DNA of 64,000 nt from Ilumatobacteraceae bacterium (GTDB lineage: Bacteria > Actinomycetota > Acidimicrobiia > Acidimicrobiales > Ilumatobacteraceae). The stretch lies in assembly GCA_963707515.1 (NCBI GenBank), contig CAVPQI010000002.1, positions 280,643-344,642 of the forward strand, in the 5' to 3' direction. The position numbers and the translations under genes are program-made. The notes under the pieces were generated by a model, which was not told the origin of the DNA, searched no databases, and was given only the letters and a program-made list of their open reading frames with translations. This document shows, in pieces, positions 44,654-53,568 of the stretch; position 1 is the stretch's first letter; every line of letters starts with the position of its first letter.

Positions 44654-45978
44654 CCGCGAGATCGCGCCCGTTGCGCTTGGCGCAAGGTCTCGTAACGCTC
44701 GGTCCAGTCGGCGTCGATGGTCATGCCGATCCGCTGGGCCTCCTCCGCCGACAGCTCGACGGGGTAGCCGAGCGTGTCGGCGAGTTTGAAGGCCAGCTCA
44801 CCGTCGAATGCCGCCTGCTGGTCGGCCTGGTGCTGGAGGAAGTCGATCCCCTTGCGAATCGTCTTGGCGAACTTCCGCGCCTCCTTGTCGATGATCTCAC
44901 GGGCCTCGTCGCCTCCCGGACCAGCACCGACGTCGGGCCAGCGGTTGCCCATCACCTTCGAGACGCGGTCGGTCGCCTCGATCAGCGTCTGGGCCAGCCC
45001 CTGGTCGGTTCCTGCCAGCAGCTCGCTGTGGCGCACCGCCCGACGGATCAACTTGCGCAGGATGTAGCCCTGCCGGCTCGCCGACGGCACGATGCCGGCG
45101 GCGGCGATCGCCAGACTGGCGCGCAGGTGGTCGGTGATGATGCGCAGCGACCTCGTGCGATCGCCGTCGAGGTCGTCGGGGGAGACGCCGAGGGCGTCAC
45201 CGACGAGGACCGTCAGCTCGTACAGCTCATCGGTCTCCCAGACGGATTGATGACGGTTGAGGAACAGGACCAGCCGTTCGAGGCCCATACCGGTGTCGAC
45301 GTTGCGTTGGCTGAGCTCGGTGAGGCGGCCGTCGGCGTCGCGGTCGAACGTCATGAAGACGTTGTTCCAGATCTCGACGTACTCGGCGATGTCGGCGAAC
45401 GGGCGCGCCGGTCGGCCATCGACGGTGTCGCCGACGTACACGAAGATCTCGGTGTCAGGCCCGCACAGACCGGTCGGGCCGTTCGACCACCAGTTGTCGG
45501 TCAGCGCGTGGATGCGCGGGGTCGGATCGACGCCGTCGTCGGCGAACGTCTGCGACCAGATCTCCGTCGCCTCCTCGTCGAGTGGCAGACCCTCGGCGCC
45601 GGCGAACACGCTGACGTACAGGCTGTGCGGGTCGATGCCGAATTCGCCGGTCAGCAAGGCATAGGACTGCGGGATCGAGGTCTCCTTGAAGTAATCGCCG
45701 AGGCTCCAGTTGCCGAGCATCTCGAACACCGTGAGGTGGGTGTTGTCGCCGACCTCGTCGATGTCGGTGGTGCGCACGCAGCGTTGGACGTCCGTCAGCC
45801 GCCGGCCGGCCGGGTGAGGTCGGCCCTGCAGGTACGGCGTCAGCGGGTGCATCCCAGCGGTCGTGAAGAGCACGTCGTCGGTCGGCGATCTCACCGAGTG
45901 TCCCTCGATCTCGACGTGTCCGTGGCGGACCATGTAGTCGATGAACGTGCGCTCGGTCCGTTCGACCGTCCAGCTCAT
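44650..45978 (-). CDS. alanine--tRNA ligase-related protein (class II catalytic core only)
   Basis: AAGGAG RBS. FTTAGMHPL, FEMLGNWSLGDYFK, GLCGPDTEIF, EIWNNVFMTF and DTGMGLERL are AlaRS core motifs. 442 aa, so the editing and C-Ala domains are absent. Confidence 0.8.
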   Translation of the reverse strand: MSWTVERTERTFIDYMVRHGHVEIEGHSVRSPTDDVLFTTAGMHPLTPYLQGRPHPAGRRLTDVQRCVRTTDIDEVGDNTHLTVFEMLGNWSLGDYFKETSIPQSYALLTGEFGIDPHSLYVSVFAGAEGLPLDEEATEIWSQTFADDGVDPTPRIHALTDNWWSNGPTGLCGPDTEIFVYVGDTVDGRPARPFADIAEYVEIWNNVFMTFDRDADGRLTELSQRNVDTGMGLERLVLFLNRHQSVWETDELYELTVLVGDALGVSPDDLDGDRTRSLRIITDHLRASLAIAAAGIVPSASRQGYILRKLIRRAVRHSELLAGTDQGLAQTLIEATDRVSKVMGNRWPDVGAGPGGDEAREIIDKEARKFAKTIRKGIDFLQHQADQQAAFDGELAFKLADTLGYPVELSAEEAQRIGMTIDADWTERYETLRQAQRARSRG

Positions 45979-46137
45979 GAGCACTCCTTGGGCCGGGGGC
46001 ACCGCGCAGCCAGTGCCGCCGGTCGGAGACGGCCTCGTCTCGCCGACACTACCCTCGGCCCGGTGACGTCGGCAACGAGCCCGCGTCGGGCCGAACCGCC
46101 GTCCGACGCACGTCCCGACGGCGATCACCGTCGGCTC

Positions 46138-46905
46138 GTGGTCCGCCTCGCGGTTCGTCTCGCGAGCACGGCCGTGCACCTGCTCGGGCGGTATCGGGTG
46201 TCGCTCGCCGTGCTGCTGGTGCCGGCGGTGGCGACATGGATCGCACGCCGTGCACTGGGCGCCGACGCCACCGACGGGGATGTCATGGAGCTCGGTTACG
46301 GGCTGCCGCCGCTGCTCGACGGCCGCGTCTGGACGTTGCTGACCGGCGCCTTCGTCGCTCCCTCGCTCACCGTGTCGCTGGTGCCGAGCTTCTCCTTCGT
46401 TGCCGTCGTCCTCCTCGAACACGAGGCGCGACATGCCCGCACGCTGCTCGCCTTCCTCGGTGGCCAGATCCTCGGGGTCGCGCTGGCACTGCTCGTCACG
46501 TGGCCGCTCGACTCTGTCGACGGCGCGTTCGCCGGGGAGATGACCGACACCGTCGACTTCGGCTTCTCGGTCGGCGGGTTCGCCGCGCTGGGCATGTGGA
46601 CGTGCTATCTGCGCGCCCCGTTGCGCCGGCCGCTGCGCTGGGGGATCAGTGGCTACCTGGCCTGCCAACTCGTGTTCTCGGGCCTGATCTTCGACGTCTC
46701 GCACCCGATCGGATGGACGCTCGGCATCGTCGGGGGCAGCCGATTGATGCGCCCGGATCGTCCTGACGACGCCGCACTCCGCGTCCCTCGCGACGTCGGG
46801 TGGATCCTGCTCGGCACCCTCATCGGCGTCGGCGTCGGCATGTTCGCGGCATGGCATGCCGGGGGTGTCGGTGGTCCCTTCGGCTGGGGTCCGGCGCCCG
46901 GCTGA
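46138..46905 (+). CDS. rhomboid-like integral membrane protein (paralogue of the N-terminal domain of 42242-44653)
   Basis: ELGYGLPPLLDGRVWTLLTGAFVAPSL...LLAFLGGQILG parallels QVAYGLPALRDGEWWTFFTGMFFAPRL...VVGIGGQFLAG. The start (GTG 46138) is uncertain. The rest of the 744-aa track ORF is antisense shadow. Confidence 0.55.
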   Translation: MVRLAVRLASTAVHLLGRYRVSLAVLLVPAVATWIARRALGADATDGDVMELGYGLPPLLDGRVWTLLTGAFVAPSLTVSLVPSFSFVAVVLLEHEARHARTLLAFLGGQILGVALALLVTWPLDSVDGAFAGEMTDTVDFGFSVGGFAALGMWTCYLRAPLRRPLRWGISGYLACQLVFSGLIFDVSHPIGWTLGIVGGSRLMRPDRPDDAALRVPRDVGWILLGTLIGVGVGMFAAWHAGGVGGPFGWGPAPG

Positions 46906-46954
46906 CGTTCCACAGTCGGCGCGGCCAACGTCGGCGCGGCGATGTCAGGTTCGG

Positions 46955-47944
46955 TCAGTCGTCGGCGTCGGCGTCGGCGCCGCTCTCGTGGAGACACCAC
47001 GCCCACAGATGGGCGCGCCGGATGGGGGTGTCGCTCTGAGCCGTGCGTCGCAGCCGATGGATCGGCCGCCGTCGCCGGTCGAGCCAGAAGCCCCCGGAGG
47101 AACGCAGCGGCACGCCGTCGTCCGCCGCCAGCCAGACCAGCGTGTCGGTGCCCTGTTCGGCGTTGCGCAGCGCCGGTCGCAGCAGCTTGCGGAACGTGGG
47201 CAACGAGGCCTCGAGCCCGGGCGTGTCCGCCCACCCCGGGTGCAGCGCATGGAACACCACCGTGGCCGGGCCGACGCGTGTCACCCACAGCTCGTTGAGC
47301 GTCACCTGGGCACGCTTGGCCAAGGCGTACTGACGCGTGCCGTCGTACGACGCCTGGTCGAGCTCGAGCCCGTCGACGGTCAGCGGGGCGGTGTACATGC
47401 CCCCGGACGACATCGTCAGCACCCGCCCACCGCTGCCGTCGGACAGCCGCGGCAGCAGCAGTGTGGTCAGCAGGAACGGGCCGAGCACCTGGCCGGCGAC
47501 GGTCACCTCGTGACCGCGCGAGTTCGTCGTCCGCTCGGCGAGCAGCGCGCCGGCGTTGTGCACGAGCACGTCGAGCCGATCGTGGTCGGCGAGCACCTGG
47601 GCAGCGATCGCCCGCACGTCATCGGGTTCGGCGAGGTCGCCCACGGCGATGTCGAACACCCCGCCGCCGACGCTGTCGGTGAGCTGGCGCCGAACGCGGT
47701 CGGTCTTGTCGCCATCACGGCCACACAGCACGACCGTCGCCCCGAGACCGCCGAGCCGGGCGGCGGCGTGACGGCCGAGCCCTGATGTCGCACCGGTCAC
47801 CACGACGACGCGGCCGCGGAGGTCGTGGTCGTCGAGCGGCCTCCAGCCGTCGAGTCGCGACCGCATGTCGTAGCCGAGCCTGGTGAAGCTGGGGACGACC
47901 AACGTCTCGGCGACGCGATCGACGAGATCGGCGGTCGAGCTCAC
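46955..47944 (-). CDS. SDR family oxidoreductase
   Basis: VVVVTGATSGLGRHAA, HNAGAL and YALAKRAQ motifs. GTG 47944 overlaps the upstream stop (GTGA). Confidence 0.85.
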   Translation of the reverse strand: MSSTADLVDRVAETLVVPSFTRLGYDMRSRLDGWRPLDDHDLRGRVVVVTGATSGLGRHAAARLGGLGATVVLCGRDGDKTDRVRRQLTDSVGGGVFDIAVGDLAEPDDVRAIAAQVLADHDRLDVLVHNAGALLAERTTNSRGHEVTVAGQVLGPFLLTTLLLPRLSDGSGGRVLTMSSGGMYTAPLTVDGLELDQASYDGTRQYALAKRAQVTLNELWVTRVGPATVVFHALHPGWADTPGLEASLPTFRKLLRPALRNAEQGTDTLVWLAADDGVPLRSSGGFWLDRRRRPIHRLRRTAQSDTPIRRAHLWAWCLHESGADADADD

Positions 47945-49443
47945 GCGGGCCGCAGCTCGAGGTGCTGGGGACGCCAGCGGGCGTCGGCGAACACGAGTTG
48001 ATCGACGATGCAGTGTCGCTCGGCGAAGCCCGCTTCGCAGTAGGCGAGGTACATCCGCCAGAGGCGGCAGAACCGCTCGTCGAGGCCGAGCGCCAGGACA
48101 TCGTCGAGCCGCTCGTCGAAGCGCTCCCGCCACCGGCGCAGTGTCTCGGCGTAGTGGGCCGAGAGCTCCTCGACGTCGACGAGTTGCAGCCCGTGACGGG
48201 AGGCGGCCACCGCCAATGCCTCGACGGACGGCAGCATGCCGCCGGGGAACACGAACCGCTTGACGAAGTCCTCGGTGTGCTTGGCCGCCTGGTAGCGGCC
48301 ATGGGGGAGGCAGATCGCCTGCATCGCGAAGCGTCCCCCCGGGCGCAGGCAGGCGGCGACACGGCCGAAGTAAGCGTCGTAGTCGCGCCAGTCGACGGCT
48401 TCGATCATCTCGATCGACACGGCGTGGTCGAACGTCCCCGAGAGGTCGCGCCAGTCGTCGCCGAGCGTCGTCACCAGGTCGTCGACGCCGCTGGCGGCGA
48501 CGCGCCGTCGGGCGGTCCGCAACTGTTCGGACGAGATGGTCGTCGTCGTGACGGCGCAGCGGCGGGTCGTCGCGGCGTGGATGGCGAAGCCGCCCCAGCC
48601 GGTGCCGATCTCGAGCAGGTGATCAGTCTCGACGACGCCGATCTTGTCGAGGAGCCGGTCGAACTTGGCCCGGCTGGCGTCGGCGAGCGAGGTGTCGGGC
48701 GTGGCGAACACGGCGCACGAGTAGGTGAGCGTCTCGTCGAGGAAGAGCTCGAAGAAGTCGTTGCCGATGTCGTAGTGGGCGGCGATCTCGTCACGGTTGC
48801 GACGGCGGACGTCGGGCACGGCGAGTCGGCGGGCGACGACTCCGGCGACGTCGCGCGGCAGGCGGGTGACTCCGGCGACCGCGGTACGCAGCGCATCGAA
48901 CCCGCCGAGGTTCTGGATGGCGATGCGGACGACCGAAGTCGGATCGGGGCTCGTCCACCATCCCTCGACGTAGCCGCGCCCGAGGCCGATCGATCCCTCT
49001 CGGGCGAGTGCGCCCCAGGCGCGCTCGTCGACGACGTCGATGTCGGCACGGAGCCCGCCGAGGCCGAGCCCGTACGACTCGACGGTCCCGTCGACGTCGG
49101 TGACGGTCAGCGTGCCCTGGTCGAGACGGCGGAGCACCTTGCGGGCGAGGGTGCGTGCCAGCGCGTCGCGTCGCGTCGACCGGACGCGGCGGGTGCCGTG
49201 GCGGACGAGGGCCGTGGCGTCGACGTGCGGACGAGCGGTTGGGCTGCTCGTCGCGGCGCCGTCGAGCATCCCGGCGGCGCTGGCTGGTGCGATGTCGGCT
49301 GGTGCGTTGTCGGCTGGTGCGTTGTCGGCTGCAGTGTCGTGGTCGACCTCCGCGGAGTCGGTCCTGGAATCGCTCCTGGAGTCGTTCCTGCTGTTCCTGG
49401 TGCTGGTGCTGGTACCGGGTCGTTGTGGGCTGACGATGCTCAT
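47941..49443 (-). CDS. cyclopropane-fatty-acyl-phospholipid synthase-like SAM-dependent methyltransferase
   Basis: HYDIGNDFFELFLDETLTYSCAVF and LLEIGTGWGGFAIHAA (SAM site). The N-terminal ~70 aa is low complexity and includes a 15-bp repeat at 49282-49338. ATG 49443 overlaps the upstream stop. Confidence 0.85.
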   Translation of the reverse strand: MSIVSPQRPGTSTSTRNSRNDSRSDSRTDSAEVDHDTAADNAPADNAPADIAPASAAGMLDGAATSSPTARPHVDATALVRHGTRRVRSTRRDALARTLARKVLRRLDQGTLTVTDVDGTVESYGLGLGGLRADIDVVDERAWGALAREGSIGLGRGYVEGWWTSPDPTSVVRIAIQNLGGFDALRTAVAGVTRLPRDVAGVVARRLAVPDVRRRNRDEIAAHYDIGNDFFELFLDETLTYSCAVFATPDTSLADASRAKFDRLLDKIGVVETDHLLEIGTGWGGFAIHAATTRRCAVTTTTISSEQLRTARRRVAASGVDDLVTTLGDDWRDLSGTFDHAVSIEMIEAVDWRDYDAYFGRVAACLRPGGRFAMQAICLPHGRYQAAKHTEDFVKRFVFPGGMLPSVEALAVAASRHGLQLVDVEELSAHYAETLRRWRERFDERLDDVLALGLDERFCRLWRMYLAYCEAGFAERHCIVDQLVFADARWRPQHLELRPA

Positions 49444-50378
49444 GCCGCCTCGGTGCTGGTGGTCGTGTCGGTGGGTTGGGATGCGCCCGTCCGTCGCCGG
49501 GGATGGGGGACGACGGGCACGCCGGCGCGCCAGAGGCGCAACGCCTCGACGTGGATGGCGGCCGAGACCCGGTGGGTCGGCAGTGGTGTGCGCAGCAGTT
49601 GGCGGGTCAGCAGGCGCCGTCCGGCGGGCGTGTCGTCGACGGCCTCCCGCGCCAGGTCGAGACGGGTCTCCAGCACCAGCTGGCCCGTGGCGTCGACGGC
49701 GTCGATGCCGACGACGAGTCGCTGTTCGTCGCCGTCGACGGAGAACTGGTAGCGCAGCGCCTCGTCGAGGAAGGGGGAGACATGGAGCTGTTTGGCGAAG
49801 CTCGCCCGGCCGCTGTCCAGCTCGGCAACGTAGCGGTGACGCTCCTTCCACGGCGTGTTCGTGACGTCGGCGACGACGGCCGCCGGGCCGCTCACCGGAC
49901 CACCAGGCGGCCTCGACAGATCAGCAGTCGGATGCGCGGTGGGATGGGCGGTCGGATGCGCGGTGGGATGGGCGGTCGGATCGTCCACGAGATGCGCGGT
50001 CGCATCGCCGGCCGCCGGCCAGGCGAGGAAGATGGTGATCGGGTTGAACAGCCAGCCCCATGTGCGTGGCTGGGTCAGCATCCGCAGCGCACCCGTCGGC
50101 GGTCGATCGAGTTCCCGTGCCAGTGCCCGATGGACGCCCAGGTCGACGCGGGCGCCGCTGCCGTCGCCGTAGTCGGTGGGCCGGAACCGTGCCGGCGCCC
50201 GATGGCGGGCGGACCACAACGGGTGCCGTGCGAACAGGTCGTCGGGCCGGGCCGGGTCGACCCACACCATCGACACCGGCCGGGCGAACTCGTGGACCGT
50301 GGGTCGGTGGCGGCGGTGGAGCACCGTGCCGTGACAGACCGCCGCAGGTCCCGGATCGAAGGGCTGCAGAGCGGTCAC
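49440..50378 (-). CDS. DUF1365 domain protein
   Basis: CHGTVLHRRHRPTVHEFARPVSMVWVDP is the characteristic N-terminus. Contains a (PTAH)n insertion encoded by 12/24-bp repeats at 49927-49986. GTG 50378 overlaps the upstream stop. Confidence 0.8.
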   Translation of the reverse strand: MTALQPFDPGPAAVCHGTVLHRRHRPTVHEFARPVSMVWVDPARPDDLFARHPLWSARHRAPARFRPTDYGDGSGARVDLGVHRALARELDRPPTGALRMLTQPRTWGWLFNPITIFLAWPAAGDATAHLVDDPTAHPTAHPTAHPTAHPTADLSRPPGGPVSGPAAVVADVTNTPWKERHRYVAELDSGRASFAKQLHVSPFLDEALRYQFSVDGDEQRLVVGIDAVDATGQLVLETRLDLAREAVDDTPAGRRLLTRQLLRTPLPTHRVSAAIHVEALRLWRAGVPVVPHPRRRTGASQPTDTTTSTEAA

Positions 50379-51658
50379 CAGCGCACCCCGAGGCGCTCGC
50401 AGACGTCGAGCGCCGAGCGAAGCCCGTCCTCGTGGAACCCGTACCCGGTCCAGGCGCCACAGAAGTAGACGCGATCGGCACCGTTGACGTCGGCGAGCAG
50501 GCGTTGCGCCTCGACCGCCGGCGCGTCGAGCAGCGGGTGCGCGTAGTCGAACCGCGCCAGAACCTGGGTGTCGTCGATCCGGTCGTCCATGTTCAGGCTC
50601 AACAGGTAGCGCCGTGACCCCCCGAGATGTTGCAACTCGGTGAGATCGTACGTGACCGTCGGGGCGCCCTCGCTCGCCGTCAGGTCGACATTCCACGCCG
50701 CCCGGGCCCGCGGTGAGTCGGCGAGCACCGAGACGTCGGTGTGCAGGGTCGCCGCGTTCGGTTGGAAGCGGATGGCACCGAGGACGGCGAGCTCGTCAGG
50801 CGTCGGGGCGGCGAGCATCCGCAGCGCTTGATCGGCGTGGCAGGCCAGGATCACGGCGTCGAACGACTCCCGCAAGTCGGCCGTCTCGATGGTCACGTCG
50901 TCGGCCGTGCGGGTGACCGCATCGACGGGTTGCGCCGTGTGGAACTTGGCGTCGGCGCGGTCCACCAGGGCCTCGACGTAGGTGCGGCTGCCGCCGACGA
51001 CGTACCGCCACTGCGGGCGGTTGCCGATGCCGAGCAGTCCGTGGTTGTCGAGGAAGCGGAAGAGCGTGGCGACTGGCATGCCGGCCACGAGCGCCGGGTC
51101 GGACGACCAGATCGCCGACAGCATCGGCTCGAGGTGCATCGTCACGAACGCCGGCGAGTAGCGGTGACCTTCGACGAACTCACCGAGTGTCGGCGAGGCA
51201 CCGTCGGTGGGCGGGTGGGCGAGCACCGCCCGGGCGTGCCGCCAGAACCGTGGGATGTCGCCGAGCATCCGCCAGATCGCTGGATCGGCGAGGTTGCGTC
51301 GGTTGGCAAAGATCGTGCGCGGGCTGGTGGCCCGGTACTCGAGGCGGCGGGCCCGATCGACGACCCCGAAGCTCATCGTCGTCGGCGACGTGGCCACGTC
51401 GAGTTCGTCGAACAAGCGGATCAATCCGGGGTAGTTGCGCTCGTTGTGCACGATGAATCCGGTGTCGATGGCGAGCGGACCGACCTCGGGATCGACGACG
51501 TCCACGGTGTTGCTGTGGCCGCCGAGCCGGTCGTCGGCCTCGAACAGCACGACCTCGTGCTCGGGGGACAGCACGTGGGCGCACGTCAGGCCGGCGATCC
51601 CCGAGCCGACGATGGCGATGCGACGAGGCGTGGCGGGCGCGGGCGTCGAGGGTGACAT
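50375..51658 (-). CDS. NAD(P)/FAD-dependent oxidoreductase (amine-oxidase-like)
   Basis: Dinucleotide fold RIAIVGSGIAGLTCAH. First gene of the conserved oxidoreductase / DUF1365 / CFA-synthase arrangement. Confidence 0.85.
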   Translation of the reverse strand: MSPSTPAPATPRRIAIVGSGIAGLTCAHVLSPEHEVVLFEADDRLGGHSNTVDVVDPEVGPLAIDTGFIVHNERNYPGLIRLFDELDVATSPTTMSFGVVDRARRLEYRATSPRTIFANRRNLADPAIWRMLGDIPRFWRHARAVLAHPPTDGASPTLGEFVEGHRYSPAFVTMHLEPMLSAIWSSDPALVAGMPVATLFRFLDNHGLLGIGNRPQWRYVVGGSRTYVEALVDRADAKFHTAQPVDAVTRTADDVTIETADLRESFDAVILACHADQALRMLAAPTPDELAVLGAIRFQPNAATLHTDVSVLADSPRARAAWNVDLTASEGAPTVTYDLTELQHLGGSRRYLLSLNMDDRIDDTQVLARFDYAHPLLDAPAVEAQRLLADVNGADRVYFCGAWTGYGFHEDGLRSALDVCERLGVRW

Positions 51659-51890
51659 GTTCCTGGTTCGCTCGCCGGCACCGTTTGGATGCATGCCCAA
51701 CGCACCTTGTCATGTCCGGACGCCGGCGCGGCGACGACCGCCTGGGAGCGGCGGGCGAAGCTGGAAGACTGGCGGCATGGATGCCGCCGTGCGACCGCTT
51801 CCCGCCCAGCCCGACAGCTGCGACGGATCGCCGACCCCAGCGCGTCGCCGTCGGTGGCGCCGGAGCGCGGCCAGCGAGAACCGGGCCGTG

Positions 51891-52124
51891 GCCGGCAGCG
51901 TCGACGTGGTCGGCAGTGTGGCGGTGGCCGGTTCGTCGGCGGTCGTCGGCAGTGTGGCCGTCGCCGGTTCGTCGGCGATTGCCGGCAGCATCGCCGTTGC
52001 GGGGAGCACGGCGGTCGCCGGCAGCGTCGCCGTCGCCGGAAGTTCCAGCACCGCCGGCAGCGTCGCCGTCGTCGGGAGCGCGATCACCGCCGGCAGCGTC
52101 GCCGTCGCCGGCAGCCTGGGGACG
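51891..52124. repeat. 18-bp imperfect tandem repeat x13 (GCCGGCAGCGTCGCCGTC consensus)
   Basis: Reads AGSVAV-type hexapeptides in the + frame of the 51435-52286 ORF and ATATLP-type in the minus frame. Lies in the 713-bp gap between divergent operons. Confidence 0.85.
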
Positions 52125-52184
52125 CTGTTCGGTGTGGGCATCGCAGGGTGCCTGGCGACGCTGGCGTGTGTCCGCTGCCGTCGC

Positions 52185-52247
52185 TGTGTCGGCTGCGTCG
52201 GGTGTGTCGACTGCGTGGGTTGCGTCGGTTGCGTCGGGTGCGTGGGT
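52185..52247. repeat. 9-bp tandem repeat TGCGTCGGN x7
   Basis: Reads CVG x7 in the + frame and PTQ/PTH in the minus frame. Three further CACCGTTG(C) units follow at about 52314-52341. Confidence 0.85.
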
Positions 52248-52371
52248 CTGCGCGGCGCCGTCGGGCTGCGCGGCGTGCGCGCCTGAGCGCTCGACGCCGG
52301 GAGGCCGCCAGCGGCACCGTTGCACCGTTGCACCGTTGCACCGGTGAGGCGAGCATGGCAGAATCGAACAC

Positions 52372-52989
52372 ATGTTCCTTCAGCCGTCGCTGTGGTCCGT
52401 CGGGGAGCCGGCGCTCGACGGCATGGCGCTCATCGAGCGGATCGACCTCGACGAGCGCAGTTGGATCGATCACGCACCGGGCTGGCTGCTGGGGTCGGAC
52501 ACCGTGTTCGACACGTTGCGGCTCGAGCTGCCGTGGCGCCAGCGGCGCGGTGTGCCGATGTACGAGCGGCTGGTCGATGAGCCGCGCCTCACCAGTTGGT
52601 GGCGCGCCAACGCCGGCCGGCCCGAGCCGCTGCCGGTGCTCGGCGAGCTGCGTCGCGAGCTGTCGGCGCGCTACTCGGTGACGTTCGACTCGATCGGGTT
52701 CAACCTCTACCGCGACCATGCCGACTCCGTCGCCTGGCACGGTGATCGCCACCGTCACCACGTCGTCGACCCGGTGGTGGCGATCGTCAGCGTCGGTGAA
52801 CCGCGGCCGTTGCGCCTGCGGCCGCGCGGTGGCGGTGCCTCGCGGTCGTGGGACCTCGGTCATGGCGATCTGTTCGTCATGGGCGGCGCCTGCCAGCACG
52901 ACTGGGAGCACTGCGTGCCCAAGGTGCGTCACGCCGGGCCGCGCCTGTCGATCACCTACCGTCACGACGCCGAGCGAGTCCCGCGCTGA
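52372..52989 (+). CDS. AlkB-like 2OG-Fe(II) oxygenase
   Basis: VAWHGDRH (HxD), HCVPK (distal His) and RLSITYR (2OG-binding Arg) motifs; 205 aa. Confidence 0.8.
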   Translation: MFLQPSLWSVGEPALDGMALIERIDLDERSWIDHAPGWLLGSDTVFDTLRLELPWRQRRGVPMYERLVDEPRLTSWWRANAGRPEPLPVLGELRRELSARYSVTFDSIGFNLYRDHADSVAWHGDRHRHHVVDPVVAIVSVGEPRPLRLRPRGGGASRSWDLGHGDLFVMGGACQHDWEHCVPKVRHAGPRLSITYRHDAERVPR

Positions 52990-53025
52990 CCCACTCGCTC
53001 GCCGGCACAGCCGTCAGCACAGCCG

Positions 53026-53568
53026 TCAGGCGGGGCGGGAACGGATCCGGGCGGCGGCGAGCAGCGCGGCGAGGGTGGTGAGTGCGGCGCCGGTCAGGGC
53101 GACGTTGCCGGGGGCGTCGCGCTCGGCGAAGGCGACCACGGTCAACCAGGCCCAGCACGTCGCGGCGACGACGGCCACCGAACGGACCGCCCAGCGTCGG
53201 ATCACCGTGGCGTCGATCGTCGCCGAGATCGGGGTGACTGCCAGCATCGAGGTGACGGTGTGGAACACGAACAACGCCACGGCGACGGCGATCGACAGCG
53301 CCGACGTCGTGTCGTCGACCGTCGTCAGCCATTGCAGGATCACGACGGCGACCGTCACCGAACCGGCGTGGGTGTCGGGCCGGGCGACGGCGATCATCGC
53401 CAACACGGTGACCACGACGGCCATCGCGCCGTTGATCCCCCCGCTTGCCGCCGAGGTCGCCAGCGACGCCGCTGCGCCGGCGAGGACCGCCACCGCGGTC
53501 AGCAGCAGGCGCTGCGAGGACACGAGCGCCAGCCGATCGACTGCGTCCTGGAGGTCGTCGCGGTTCAT
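53026..53568 (-). CDS. membrane protein, last gene of the MoxR cluster
   Basis: 180 aa with about 5 hydrophobic segments. ATG 53568 overlaps the DUF58 stop (ATGA). Confidence 0.55.
   Translation of the reverse strand: MNRDDLQDAVDRLALVSSQRLLLTAVAVLAGAAASLATSAASGGINGAMAVVVTVLAMIAVARPDTHAGSVTVAVVILQWLTTVDDTTSALSIAVAVALFVFHTVTSMLAVTPISATIDATVIRRWAVRSVAVVAATCWAWLTVVAFAERDAPGNVALTGAALTTLAALLAAARIRSRPA

Noticed and set aside
44671-46137. 5' two-thirds of the 744-aa plus-strand ORF
   Set aside because: This part is antisense to the AlaRS-like gene, which has strong motifs and an RBS. Only the 3' part (from about 46138) resembles a real membrane protein.
51710-52333. 207-aa minus-strand ORF reading (PTQ)n and (ATATLP)n
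   Set aside because: It is low complexity, has no signal or RBS, and shares its third-codon positions with the + frame, so composition cannot support it. It is reported only as part of the repeat region.
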